A DNA stretch of 64,000 nucleotides, from positions 19,607-83,606 of IMG/VR virus record IMGVR_UViG_3300043539_002606; one strand, 5' to 3'. The DNA comes from a virus. Under the pieces are notes generated by a model. The model was not told where the DNA came from, did no database searches, and saw nothing but the letters and a program-made list of their open reading frames with translations. A program made the position numbers and the translations under genes. Of the stretch, positions 1 through 9,672 are shown piece after piece. Every line of letters begins with the position of its first letter. Position 1 is the first letter of the stretch.

Positions 1-360
1 CTCAAGAATCTTTTGATAATCACGATTATGTGATTCCTGATTAAGCATCTCTCCGTCAAGCCAGATCTCAAAGATATTTGGCTTTTGACCTCGTACTACT
101 CGATATTGTTTGGTGCCGCAACGAAACCATATTTCAACGAGCAGACCTTTGCCGTTGATGCTATTCACAAGCTGTGTTTTGTTAATGCCTCGATGAGGCT
201 TGCCAAAAAGTACAAAGCTAATCGCATCAAGCAGCAAACTCTTGCCACTGCCGTTTTTTCCAACAATAAGAGTTGATCTATATCCTTCGAGATCAACTTC
301 AATAGGAGAAGCACCAACGCTCAGGAAATTTACATATTTAATTTTTTCGAAAATGATCAT
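1..360 (-). CDS. gp46: Recombination endonuclease ATPase subunit (SbcC/Rad50-like), N-terminal part, runs off the window
   Basis: Manual translation from ATG at 360: MIIFEKIKYVNFLSVGASPIEVDL...IVGKNGSGKSLLLDAISFVLFGKPHRGINKTQLVNSIN. Walker A motif; overlaps the gp47 stop (ATGA). Confidence 0.93.
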   Translation of the reverse strand, partial: MIIFEKIKYVNFLSVGASPIEVDLEGYRSTLIVGKNGSGKSLLLDAISFVLFGKPHRGINKTQLVNSINGKGLLVEIWFRCGTKQYRVVRGQKPNIFEIWLDGEMLNQESHNRDYQKILE

Positions 361-1442
361 AGACTATCAAGGGCTTGGGCTTCAACATAAAGTTCTTGCA
401 ATAATGTTTTAATTCGATCTCTGTCAAGATCTGTTTCAACAGCATCTACATAGTTATTAAGCAAACTAACTGTGTCTGTTGCAACTGTAGATTCATCGAT
501 CGTTACATTGCTTGCATTATATTCATCAAAATTTTCAACTGTCTTTACTTCAAATGGATTTGTTGCTTGTATTGCATCAACAAATTTGTCAAAGAGATAG
601 GGATTCTTTTTGACTCTCACAACTAGCTTGACATAGGTCGATGTTAATGCACTAAAATCATATTCAGCGAGATCAGCATAGATGTTATCATCTGCATCGC
701 TATCATCATAAACAAGCTTATTGAAAAGAGTAATGGGATTACGAATTGCAGTTAGCTCACGAGTCTCACTATCAAGAATATGAAAATATTTTGGATCATC
801 ACAATCTGCCCATGTTAATTCATAGGGTGTGCCAAGATAGTGTATATTTCCTTTGTCACTTTTTGTATGATAGTGACCACTCAACACACTCTCATAGCGA
901 GAGAAAAGTTCTGCGTTCATGCCATGACTTGCAGCTGGCATGCCTTTCATCATCTCAAAGCCAGCAAGCTCTAGATGTGCACCAAGTATTGGAGCTTGGG
1001 CAGTTTGTATAAATTCAATGCTGCTAGCATAATTCTCTGGATTAATCCATGGCAGCAGTGCAATCTTTAATCCATCATAATCCAAAATTGTTGGACTCAT
1101 ATGCAGCTTAATAACATCGCTATGCAACATGACAATCTCTTGCAAGCTGCAGACATCGTTTGTGCTCTTGTAATAGACATCATGGTTGCCAGGAATAATA
1201 TTCATCGTCATGCCATATTCACGAAGCTTTTCAATGAAATTGGCTTTGTTTGCAGCCAATGCTTTGATGTTCGTAAATTTGCGATGATCATAATAATCAC
1301 CTAGATGCAGGATTTCAGTGATGCCTTGTTTTTTACATTCAGGAAAAAATACTTCATCATAGAATCTCTTTTCATTGTTAATAAAGACATCGCTGCCATT
1401 TTTGATCCCGCTATGGGTATCTGTGATAATAGCTATTTTCAT
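357..1442 (-). CDS. gp47: Recombination endonuclease nuclease subunit (SbcD/Mre11-like)
   Basis: Metallophosphoesterase motifs DTH, GDYYD, GNHD, GHYH; adjacent to gp46. Confidence 0.95.
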   Translation of the reverse strand: MKIAIITDTHSGIKNGSDVFINNEKRFYDEVFFPECKKQGITEILHLGDYYDHRKFTNIKALAANKANFIEKLREYGMTMNIIPGNHDVYYKSTNDVCSLQEIVMLHSDVIKLHMSPTILDYDGLKIALLPWINPENYASSIEFIQTAQAPILGAHLELAGFEMMKGMPAASHGMNAELFSRYESVLSGHYHTKSDKGNIHYLGTPYELTWADCDDPKYFHILDSETRELTAIRNPITLFNKLVYDDSDADDNIYADLAEYDFSALTSTYVKLVVRVKKNPYLFDKFVDAIQATNPFEVKTVENFDEYNASNVTIDESTVATDTVSLLNNYVDAVETDLDRDRIKTLLQELYVEAQALDSL

Positions 1443-2083
1443 AGTGTTGCAAAGAAATCACTCAATGGACCAAGTTCTGGTGTTTTTTTAGCTGGTCGAC
1501 CTCTTTTCTTTTTGGTCGGCAATGGCTCATGATCCTTAACGCTGCAAAGATCATCATTATAAAAGTCTCCATCAAGTTTATGACGAGCTCGTTCAATCAT
1601 GCTCTCTCCGATCTGACCGCTGTCGTCACCAAAGTCTGCAAATGAATCAAGACTTGAACCTTCAATAAGTTTCTGCTTAATCTCGGTTTGTTTCTTTTCT
1701 TTTTCAATGCGTCTCAAAAAGGCATAATAACTGATTTGGGTAAAATAGCTAAATGCATTTGGTGTGCCAGTTCGAGTAGGAGCATCAATATTAAAGTTAT
1801 TGACAACCTTAATGCAATTCTCAACTGCATCCATAACCATATCATCTCGATAGCTATAGTTCATGAAGTTGGGACTTCTTGATAAGCCATTGGCAATCTG
1901 ATAAATCCCCAATGCAATATAGTCTGTAACTACTGGATCCTCAATGCCGCTTGCTCGGGCAGTTTTAACGCTTTGAACATATGAGGCCAAAGCCAAACTA
2001 AGTTCTTTATTGTTAATATAATCGGATCCTTCTTTTCTTTTACGTGTACTTTTTACTTTTTTTGGTTGATCTTCTTCAATCAT
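1439..2083 (-). CDS. gp55: Late-transcription sigma factor
   Basis: YINNKEL...NFMNYSYRDDMVMDAVENC...NAFSYFTQISYYAFLRRIEKEKKQ. Start moved to the ATG at 2083, downstream of the promoter at 2091-2119. Confidence 0.93.
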   Translation of the reverse strand: MIEEDQPKKVKSTRKRKEGSDYINNKELSLALASYVQSVKTARASGIEDPVVTDYIALGIYQIANGLSRSPNFMNYSYRDDMVMDAVENCIKVVNNFNIDAPTRTGTPNAFSYFTQISYYAFLRRIEKEKKQTEIKQKLIEGSSLDSFADFGDDSGQIGESMIERARHKLDGDFYNDDLCSVKDHEPLPTKKKRGRPAKKTPELGPLSDFFATL

Positions 2084-2090
2084 GCTATCT

Positions 2091-2119
2091 AGTATACCAC
2101 AAAACAAAAGTTTGTAAAC
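2091..2119 (-). promoter_or_regulatory. Sigma70/T4-early-type promoter for gp55-47-46
   Basis: Minus strand reads GTTTAC-N17-TATACT with TGTGG before the -10. Confidence 0.75.
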
Positions 2120-2141
2120 AATTATTTTTATGAATTTTTTG

Positions 2142-2209
2142 GTTTACAAACAATCAGATTCATGTATAATAGGTGCCATGCACCTTCGGCTGAATGTAAT
2201 GAAGCCGAT
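2142..2209 (+). repeat. Promoter + double-hairpin element, copy 1 (candidate small RNA, origin or pac element)
   Basis: GTTTAC-N17-TATAAT followed by AGGTGC-cat-GCACCT and TCGGCT-N11-AGCCGA; 2162-2209 is identical to 15556-15603. Confidence 0.85.
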
Positions 2210-2273
2210 AGATGTTGCTGATTGTTTGCTCTTAAAATATCTATAATGATATTATAATCTCATAAGAGCATGA

Positions 2274-3299
2274 TTATTCTTTAATCTTTCGAAAGCCAAG
2301 TAAGGTATGTTTTACTGCCATCCACATGTCTAGATACTTATAGTTGCTTAATCTGCCTGTAAACATTACATTCTTTTCTTCGGCTTTAAGCTTTTCATAT
2401 TGGGAGTATTGACGCTGTGCATCTCCCCATGGTATTGGATAATAAGGTATATCATTCTCTCTTGCCTCTTTTGGCAATTCGCTTGTAATGACAGTCAAGC
2501 CTTTATGATCTGGGTTAAAATAGCTATGATCATAGATTCTTGTATATGGCACATCAGCTCTATTTTGATTGACAATAAATGTTTCTTGTTTTGGAACAAA
2601 TGCCTTATGATGAAATTCCAAACTACGATATGGCAATCGTCCATAGCAATAGTCATAATATTCATCAATTTTTCCAGTATAGACCAATAGATCTCGAGGA
2701 GCAGATTTCCATGCATCACCATCGGAGTTTATATGCACAGTTATATTCTCATGATCAAGCATGCTGGCAAACATAGCGCTATAGCCATGCTTTGGCAAGC
2801 ACTGATATTTTTGATGTCGAAACCATGTTGGATTTTCATCATCTGCTGTTTGAGGTATGCGATTTGTAATGGTTTGTGGGATTTCTTCAAATGGCACACC
2901 CCATTGTTTTTCGCTATATTCCTTAAAGAAATATTCTCGAATCTCCTCTGGCTCAAGTTCTCGACCCAGTGCTGCAACTGTTGCCCGTGAATATGGCAAT
3001 GGCACAACTCCCAATCGAGTATCTCCTAATGGTCTTAATTCAAATGGAATCCATTCAGTGAATCGACTCAAAAATTCAAAAACCTCTTCATCATCAGTAT
3101 GAAAAATATGAGGACCATAGGTGTGTACTCTTACGTGACCCATTAACTGATCTGCACAATTGCCTCCAATATGATCACGTGATTCATATATTGTTACGTT
3201 CGCGCCAGCATCAGCAAAGCATCGAGCAGCTGTGCAGCCACTTAGGCCTGCTCCAACCACTACTATATTTTTATTAACATATTCCATTGTCTTTTGCAT
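2274..3299 (-). CDS. glf: UDP-galactopyranose mutase
   Basis: FAD-binding GAGLSG, HIGGNC, HTYGPHIFHT, LPYRSL, PYYP and GRLSNYKYLDM motifs. Confidence 0.92.
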   Translation of the reverse strand: MQKTMEYVNKNIVVVGAGLSGCTAARCFADAGANVTIYESRDHIGGNCADQLMGHVRVHTYGPHIFHTDDEEVFEFLSRFTEWIPFELRPLGDTRLGVVPLPYSRATVAALGRELEPEEIREYFFKEYSEKQWGVPFEEIPQTITNRIPQTADDENPTWFRHQKYQCLPKHGYSAMFASMLDHENITVHINSDGDAWKSAPRDLLVYTGKIDEYYDYCYGRLPYRSLEFHHKAFVPKQETFIVNQNRADVPYTRIYDHSYFNPDHKGLTVITSELPKEARENDIPYYPIPWGDAQRQYSQYEKLKAEEKNVMFTGRLSNYKYLDMWMAVKHTLLGFRKIKE

Positions 3300-3951
3300 A
3301 TCTATAGACTAATTCTTCTTGATATTTTGTATCTGTATATGTTGCAATAATTTCATCGAGATTCTCATGAAATGCCTTTGCTATTTTCTTCATATTCTGA
3401 AGATCACCACAATAAAAATTATCAACACCAATTACTGATCTGCTTAATCTTGGATGTCTAAAGACGAACTCTCTGGTAAAAATTAATTTATTGCATATTG
3501 ACATATTTGCTTGACATATTGGTCGGGTGAAATAGTCCCAACGTGTATTAATGATTCTAAAATAATCATCTGGTATTTTCTCTAATCCGCTGTGTATGCC
3601 AGCCCACATATTTTTCCAACTTATTTTTGGTATTTTACTTTGACAAATTTGACCATCAATCGTTTGATGTAGTTTTAATTTGCTATCATCAAGAATCGTG
3701 ATATTTTTAATAATATCCTTATGCTCAATAAAATAGTGTTCAATAAGATTTGGAGTAACAATCAATTTTGCACTATTATTGACTTCGCGATAGCTGCTAT
3801 CAGCTTCAGCATATTTCCAACTTTGACAATAGACGTGTAAATCAACATCGCGTTTGCTTCTTAAATTTTGTACAAATTCCTTTAGACTTGGACTAAATAA
3901 GCCATCACGAATATGTCCTCGAATATAAAGGGCTATTTTGTGTTTGTTCAT
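3274..3951 (-). CDS. Hypothetical protein, possibly glycan-related (KIALYIRGHIR family)
   Basis: 225 aa ORF coupled to uvsW and glf; N-terminal KIAxxxxGxxR and internal RWD resemble viral glycosyltransferase-like proteins. Confidence 0.55.
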   Translation of the reverse strand: MNKHKIALYIRGHIRDGLFSPSLKEFVQNLRSKRDVDLHVYCQSWKYAEADSSYREVNNSAKLIVTPNLIEHYFIEHKDIIKNITILDDSKLKLHQTIDGQICQSKIPKISWKNMWAGIHSGLEKIPDDYFRIINTRWDYFTRPICQANMSICNKLIFTREFVFRHPRLSRSVIGVDNFYCGDLQNMKKIAKAFHENLDEIIATYTDTKYQEELVYRYAKDNGIC

Positions 3952-5432
3952 ATCTTAACTGTATATATTTTGTAATTAAAGCCTTCTTTATCATAGATAG
4001 CAACACGCTCTGCTCCATGCTTTAGGCTGAAGTTTTTCTTTTTCTTCCATGAGAAGTTATCGCTAATATCATAGACAGTGGTAGCTTGACCATTATCGCT
4101 CAATCGCAGGCCACGACCAATGCTTTGTAGAATTTTAATTTGGCTTTTGGTTGGTGCTGCAAAAATAATATTATGCAAATTGCGTATATTAATGCCTGTG
4201 CTAAAAGTAGCGCTGCTCGCAACAATAACTGCATTTGACTCGCTCTCTACTTCTCCACGTACTTTTTCGCGAACATCTGTATCTGTTTCACCACTGACAT
4301 AATAGATCTTACGATCTGGCTCCGCTGCAACCAATGCAGCATGCAACGGCTTGCCATGTTTTACTACATAGTTGAAAATTACAAGTGTATTGCCTTTGAG
4401 GCCTCGAGCAAGATTAACAATAAACCTATTGCGGGCAGAATGAGAAATAATCACATCAATCTCGCTAGCATAATCAAGCTTGCTTACTGCCTTTTTAACT
4501 TCATCATCATAATCAAGCACGATGCAGTGTATATTCAACTCTGCAAGTGTCTTGCTCTCCATAAGAGCCTTTGTTGTTGTGACTTTAAATATTGGCCCAA
4601 AATGTCCAACAAGCACACGCTCATTGCATTTGCTGCCATCAAGTGTGCCCGTTGTGCCAATGCGATAGCTTGCATTGGTCAGTGTATTCATAATTGTATT
4701 GAGACTCTTTGCTTTAAACTGATGTGCTTCATCCCCAACAATCATGCCATATTTTTTGAACCAACTTTCAGGACATGTGATTGCACTCTGCCATGTTGTG
4801 ATTGTCACTCGTGTGCCAGCAACTTCTTTTTCTTTGCCGCTATAGATGCGATGCACTAGTTTTTCAGAATCAAATTCATTATCATGAGTGCTATAGTCTG
4901 CAAAATCGCTGGCTAGCTGTTCAACAAGACTGGTCGTTGGCACAACAACTAGTGCCTTTTCAGTCTCATGATCAATATACCAACGCAGCAGCATATAAAT
5001 GATCAAGCTCTTGCCGCTGCCAGTTGGACTCAAGACAAGTGTTCTGCCGCTTGTCAAGCTTTGTACAACTGCTTCAACCTGATAATCATGTGGTGTTATG
5101 CTATTTCCACGAGCAGATAGATTTAATTTTGAAATATAGTCAATCACCTCTTGACGAGATGGCAAAGGAGCTCGCAAGCTGTCATCATAATCAACTGCAT
5201 AGCCTCGTTCTTTTGCAAATTTTGCTAGCTCACCAATCAAGCCATAAGGCAGTGTATGCGATCTTAAATTAAACAATCTGATTTTGCCATCCCAGAGTTT
5301 ATTACGATATGCAGGAATAAACTTATAGCCTTCTGCATAAAACGTAAAATGCTCACCAAGCTCCATGAGTGCACCAGTATCGGCGCTTCTCACAAAGATC
5401 TCTGCTTCATTCTTTTTACTTAGTTTAAACAC
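3948..5432 (-). CDS. uvsW: DNA/RNA helicase UvsW
   Basis: WDGKIRLF, SPTGSGKS, DEAH, TGT and QSIGRGLR motifs. Likely GTG start at 5432 overlapping the uvsY stop; alternative ATG at 5522. Confidence 0.93.
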   Translation of the reverse strand: MFKLSKKNEAEIFVRSADTGALMELGEHFTFYAEGYKFIPAYRNKLWDGKIRLFNLRSHTLPYGLIGELAKFAKERGYAVDYDDSLRAPLPSRQEVIDYISKLNLSARGNSITPHDYQVEAVVQSLTSGRTLVLSPTGSGKSLIIYMLLRWYIDHETEKALVVVPTTSLVEQLASDFADYSTHDNEFDSEKLVHRIYSGKEKEVAGTRVTITTWQSAITCPESWFKKYGMIVGDEAHQFKAKSLNTIMNTLTNASYRIGTTGTLDGSKCNERVLVGHFGPIFKVTTTKALMESKTLAELNIHCIVLDYDDEVKKAVSKLDYASEIDVIISHSARNRFIVNLARGLKGNTLVIFNYVVKHGKPLHAALVAAEPDRKIYYVSGETDTDVREKVRGEVESESNAVIVASSATFSTGINIRNLHNIIFAAPTKSQIKILQSIGRGLRLSDNGQATTVYDISDNFSWKKKKNFSLKHGAERVAIYDKEGFNYKIYTVKI

Positions 5433-5871
5433 CTGCTTGGAATCTCTTAAAGTCAATAATGTTCTTGATTGTTTGATGTCTCCAACGCAACGTATCAAGT
5501 ATTTCTTTGCATGTATCAACATACACACCTATATATTCACATGCCATTTTGCACTCACTGATGTCAGTGTCTGTGTTATAATACATATCCATATCACCCT
5601 TAAGTGGTTTATTCATGCCATGAAATGGATCATATATCCAGCCTCGCGCATCCATTTCATCCTTTGTCATTTTGCCATTATAATAGAGCCACTTATCTTT
5701 TTTAAGTATGGCAAGATCAAGCTCTTTCTTTTTTAATCTCAGTTTGGCAACTGTATGGAATTCAAGATATTTGCTATGCAGCATTGCACCTCGTAAGGTT
5801 GTTTCATCAAGCGCATGCTCACTAATCTTTGAATCATTTGCCCATTGTTTTAATAGCTCTTCGACATCCAT
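5425..5871 (-). CDS. uvsY: Recombination mediator UvsY
   Basis: W..DSKI...LHSKYL...KWLYYNGK...RHQTIKNIIDFKRFQAG; synteny with uvsW and gp3. Confidence 0.9.
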   Translation of the reverse strand: MDVEELLKQWANDSKISEHALDETTLRGAMLHSKYLEFHTVAKLRLKKKELDLAILKKDKWLYYNGKMTKDEMDARGWIYDPFHGMNKPLKGDMDMYYNTDTDISECKMACEYIGVYVDTCKEILDTLRWRHQTIKNIIDFKRFQAGV

Positions 5872-5879
5872 GAATTTAT

Positions 5880-6338
5880 CTATACAAGATCAAATTCGTC
5901 ATAACTGAAACTTATGTCAAAGCTAGCATAGCCTGGCTCACCACTGCTATTAAATTCAATTGAGCTCAAACTGGTTGGAAATGCATTTGCAAATCGAAAG
6001 CCGCGACTAACATTAAAATGGCTTGTTAGAGTCTCAATAGTGATATCAGTTGTTTTAATATCTGGTCCATCCTTTGCATTATGTTTAAGCCATGAGAAGC
6101 ATTCGAGATATGCTGTCATCTTTTCATCACAAAGCAGTGTACAATTAAGAGCATCATATGTCAGGCTATTTCCAGGTGTAAATCCAGGCAAATTTCGATA
6201 TTTAGTCGATATGGCTTCGCTCGAAACACCAGGTAAAGTAACACTAGTTGCAAAAAATGACAACTTTGGAAATTCATTTGTTCCGCCAATTATCACGCGA
6301 AATTGACTATTGGCTAATAGGCTATTATCAATGCTCAT
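5880..6338 (-). CDS. gp3: Tail tube terminator/completion protein
   Basis: FFATSVTLPGVS...PG..LTYDAL...DEKMTAYLE...FANAFPTSLSSIEF; position downstream of gp23. Confidence 0.85.
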   Translation of the reverse strand: MSIDNSLLANSQFRVIIGGTNEFPKLSFFATSVTLPGVSSEAISTKYRNLPGFTPGNSLTYDALNCTLLCDEKMTAYLECFSWLKHNAKDGPDIKTTDITIETLTSHFNVSRGFRFANAFPTSLSSIEFNSSGEPGYASFDISFSYDEFDLV

Positions 6339-6360
6339 GACTATATTTATGCAAAATAAA

Positions 6361-6384
6361 GCAGGGGAGCCGTAGCTCCCCTGC
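6361..6384 (-). terminator. Intrinsic terminator after gp23
   Basis: Perfect 10-bp stem GCAGGGGAGC/GCTCCCCTGC followed by TTTATTTT on the minus strand. Confidence 0.88.
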
Positions 6385-6420
6385 TGGGTTTCGTCCTAAG
6401 GTAAATGGACGTTAAGTTAA

Positions 6421-7731
6421 TTAGAATCCGTATTGACCGGAGAAGTTAGGCTCACCGCTGTTGATGTTAGTCACGCTAAAGTTACGGAAGTAAACGTTAG
6501 AATTTTCAGTGATTGCACCAAGAGTGTTTGTTGGACCAGAACCTGCGCTGAATGGGTTAGCAACTAGACCGTAACGAGTCTTGAAGCCAATTTTTGGCTG
6601 GAAGCTTGCTTGGTCAACTGCACGAACCATAGTAAGTGGTACATATGGGCAGTAGTAGATACCTGCGTCATAAGCATTCGAACCTTTGAAACCAACAGTG
6701 ATATAATCAGCTGTGCTATAAGGGTCGATGAATACTTTAAGACGGCCATTGATGATACCAGCAAATGTGTTGCCAGTGTCGTCAACGTTAAGGCTTGTTG
6801 ACAATGCTGGAGCATAGTCAAGTACACCTGCTGCTGCAAGAGCGCTAGCTACGTTGCTTGAGCAGATAACGAAGTTACCTTTACCACGACGTGTTGCTTT
6901 AGCAATCGCGTTAGCTTCTTTTTCAATTTGGAAAAGAAGAGACTTGAATTTTTCAACAGCCCAACGACCGTCTGCATCAACTGCAAGGTCAAAGTCACCG
7001 CTGATACCACCTGTGCTAGCAGACCAGTTGATCTTGTTGATAACCTCACGGTTGATTTCAGCAAGAATTTCTGTGCTCAAGATGTTAGCAAGTTCAGTTT
7101 CAGCGTCAAGGCCGTGAACACTCTTAAGGTCTTGTGCAAGCTCCATTGAGTATTCAGCTTTAAGCTGACGAGTTTTAGCTTCAACAATGCATTTTTCGAT
7201 TGTGAAACCCATTTCGCCTGAAATGTTACCTTCACCAGCAGAACGCTCAAGGCCTTGACCAGTTGGTGTACCGGATGTACCAGAGAATGCGGTGTTAGCT
7301 TCATTGAAAAGCGCTTCTGGGTTATTAGCGTTACCACCAGTTGATTGAGTTGCGTCAAGACCATCACCTTTTCCTGCTGCGTCATGGCTATTGTAACGAG
7401 ACTTCATCGCAAAGATAAGACCTGTTGGTCCTGTCATTGGCTGAACGCCAGCTACGTCATAAGCGATAAGGTTAGGCATCGCGCGGCGTACAAGGCTGAT
7501 GAGAACTGGATCCCAGCGATCAACACCTGCACCTTGATAGTTACCGCCTTGGGCGCTAACATCAGTTTCAGTTAGGTATTGTGCTTGTTCGCGAGCCTCA
7601 CGAGCTGCTTTTTGTTGGTTTTCCAAAAGAACAGCAGTTACACTCTTACGATATGTGTCTGCGAATTTTGGTGCGTCGGCAGCCTCAAGAATAGGTGCCC
7701 ATTTTTTTTCTAGTGCTTCTGATTTAAACAT
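6421..7731 (-). CDS. gp23: Major capsid protein
   Basis: KWAPIL, DPVLISLVRRAMPNLIAYDVAGVQPMTGPTGLIFAM, ELAQDLKSVHGLDAE, FQPKIGFKTRYG. Confidence 0.98.
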   Translation of the reverse strand: MFKSEALEKKWAPILEAADAPKFADTYRKSVTAVLLENQQKAAREAREQAQYLTETDVSAQGGNYQGAGVDRWDPVLISLVRRAMPNLIAYDVAGVQPMTGPTGLIFAMKSRYNSHDAAGKGDGLDATQSTGGNANNPEALFNEANTAFSGTSGTPTGQGLERSAGEGNISGEMGFTIEKCIVEAKTRQLKAEYSMELAQDLKSVHGLDAETELANILSTEILAEINREVINKINWSASTGGISGDFDLAVDADGRWAVEKFKSLLFQIEKEANAIAKATRRGKGNFVICSSNVASALAAAGVLDYAPALSTSLNVDDTGNTFAGIINGRLKVFIDPYSTADYITVGFKGSNAYDAGIYYCPYVPLTMVRAVDQASFQPKIGFKTRYGLVANPFSAGSGPTNTLGAITENSNVYFRNFSVTNINSGEPNFSGQYGF

Positions 7732-7760
7732 AGTAGTTATTTTGTTTTTTAGTTTGGGAA

Positions 7761-8900
7761 TTAGTAAGTAACGCTTTTATTCATTGCGTTAAGTGCTTTT
7801 AGGTATTGTGACATCTCAGGATCAAGTTTAGTTTGTTCTAAAATTTGGCCTTCGACGATTGTTTCAATTTCAGAATCTTCGTATTCGGAAGTTTCTTCGG
7901 TTAGAGTTTTCTTTGTTTTATTCTTTGAACTCTTGTTCGTAAAATAAAACTCTTTAAGGGTTTTAACCTTATCTGCAAATGTGTTTTCACTTGTAAATTC
8001 AACGCTCTCTGCAAGCTTCTTCAAACGAAGTGCTTCAGTTTGTGTCAAATCTTCGCATGCTTCTTCAATTGCTTTTGCGCGAGATAGATCTTCTACTTTT
8101 TCAACAAGACCGCCAAGTAGTTCAAGTGATCGACCAAGTTTGGTTTCAACCTCTTGTTTTTCCTCTTCAAGTTTTGCGAATAGGTCAAGCTTGCTAGCTG
8201 GAACTTCAACATAGCTTTCAGTGAAGAGAGTCTTCAATGAGCCCATGAAGTTTTCAGCAATCTCTGTACGAAGGCTGCTTTCAATTGCAACTTGATTTTC
8301 TTTCATCCATTGCTGTACAGCATAGGTGAGATAGCCATCAATTTGCTCTGTAAGAGAGTCTTCAACAAATGATACTGCTTCTTCTAGACGACGAGTGTAA
8401 GATTTTTTAAGACCTTCTCTAATGGTGCGAAGTTGTGATTTAACCTCAGCTTCGAAAATAAGGGCAGCTTTGCTCTTAAATTCTTCAGTAAGACCAGCTT
8501 CACTTTCGATTAGATTGCTAACGTTAGTAAGATCGACTTTGAAGTTTTCATATTGTTCTTCAACTTCTTCCTCATCTTCTTCCTCATCTTCGTCTTCTTC
8601 TTTAGATTCGCCTTCAGACTTCATTTCGTCCTCGTCTTCTTCTTCAGATTCTTCTTCAGATTCTTCTTCATCTTCGCCTTCAGACATGTCATAATCACAG
8701 GAAGCTTCATCAACTTCTTCCTCATCTTCTTTGTCTTCGCCTTCAGACTTCATTTCATCTTCGTCCTCGTCTTCTTCAAGATCATCTTCGTCCTCATCGC
8801 GCGCTTCTTCCTGAGACTGATAGTCGGACTCATCAAGAGCGAGCAAATCAGAATCAACAATATCTTCGATAAGATCTTTTAGTTTTGATTTTTGTTTCAT
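7761..8900 (-). CDS. gp22: Prohead core scaffold protein
   Basis: Acidic N-terminus; EGLTEEFKSKAALIFEA, YLTYAVQQWMKEN; lies between gp21 and gp23. Confidence 0.92.
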   Translation of the reverse strand: MKQKSKLKDLIEDIVDSDLLALDESDYQSQEEARDEDEDDLEEDEDEDEMKSEGEDKEDEEEVDEASCDYDMSEGEDEEESEEESEEEDEDEMKSEGESKEEDEDEEEDEEEVEEQYENFKVDLTNVSNLIESEAGLTEEFKSKAALIFEAEVKSQLRTIREGLKKSYTRRLEEAVSFVEDSLTEQIDGYLTYAVQQWMKENQVAIESSLRTEIAENFMGSLKTLFTESYVEVPASKLDLFAKLEEEKQEVETKLGRSLELLGGLVEKVEDLSRAKAIEEACEDLTQTEALRLKKLAESVEFTSENTFADKVKTLKEFYFTNKSSKNKTKKTLTEETSEYEDSEIETIVEGQILEQTKLDPEMSQYLKALNAMNKSVTY

Positions 8901-8988
8901 CTATTTTGTTTTCGTTGTTGAGAGGAGGTTTATCCTCAGTCTCACATTTTCACCTTTCCCATACTAAATTCAAATAATCCATAATATA

Positions 8989-9642
8989 TTAAAACTTGAC
9001 TGAAATTTCAGTCAAGAAATCTTTGAAAATTTTAGCTTGCTGTTCAACAAGTTGTTTCTTATTAAGCTTTTTAATTTTTTTAACTGCTTGTTCTGCAGCA
9101 ACAGCAACAATCTCGTTGCCTTTATAGAAATATTCAACGCCTTCCATGATGCCATTAACAAATGCACTTGGTGCGCTTGGATCCTGTACAATATCAACTG
9201 TAGCAAGAATAAAGTCGTCATTAACTTTACTTGTGCCTTCAGTTTGACTAACACTGCCCATACCTCGGCTTGATACACCGAGCTGACAACCACCTTCAAG
9301 TAAACCTTTTGCGATGTTGCCCATAGGTGTGTTTAGGATAAGAGCTTTGCCATAGACATCGTTTTTATCCCAACGCAATTCAGTGATGCGGTGACTTACT
9401 TTATCGAGATTAATTGCTGGACCTTCGGGGTGATTAAGCTCACCAACTGCACGGCCTTTTGAAACATATTCTTTTACATAACGATCAACAGCAGACTCAA
9501 GAACCGCTTTAGGATAGATTCGTCCATTGCGATTTTTTTGCTCTGCTTGCATGAAAATACCTTCGATGATATATTTCTTATCACCCTTCTCACCTTCAGT
9601 AAGAAACTTAATATTTTCGTTATGTTCAGTAATTAACTTCAT
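8989..9642 (-). CDS. gp21: Prohead protease
   Basis: IEGIFMQAEQKNRNGRIYP, GELNHP, GVSSRGMGS, DIVQDPSAPSAFV. Confidence 0.96.
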   Translation of the reverse strand: MKLITEHNENIKFLTEGEKGDKKYIIEGIFMQAEQKNRNGRIYPKAVLESAVDRYVKEYVSKGRAVGELNHPEGPAINLDKVSHRITELRWDKNDVYGKALILNTPMGNIAKGLLEGGCQLGVSSRGMGSVSQTEGTSKVNDDFILATVDIVQDPSAPSAFVNGIMEGVEYFYKGNEIVAVAAEQAVKKIKKLNKKQLVEQQAKIFKDFLTEISVKF

Positions 9643-9672
9643 CTCTGATCTTTATTTATATAAAATCACTTT

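Noticed and set aside
2171-2209. Repeated hairpin element considered as a tRNA or intrinsic terminator
   Set aside because: Too short for a cloverleaf, no T-loop, and no U-tract after the stems on either strand.
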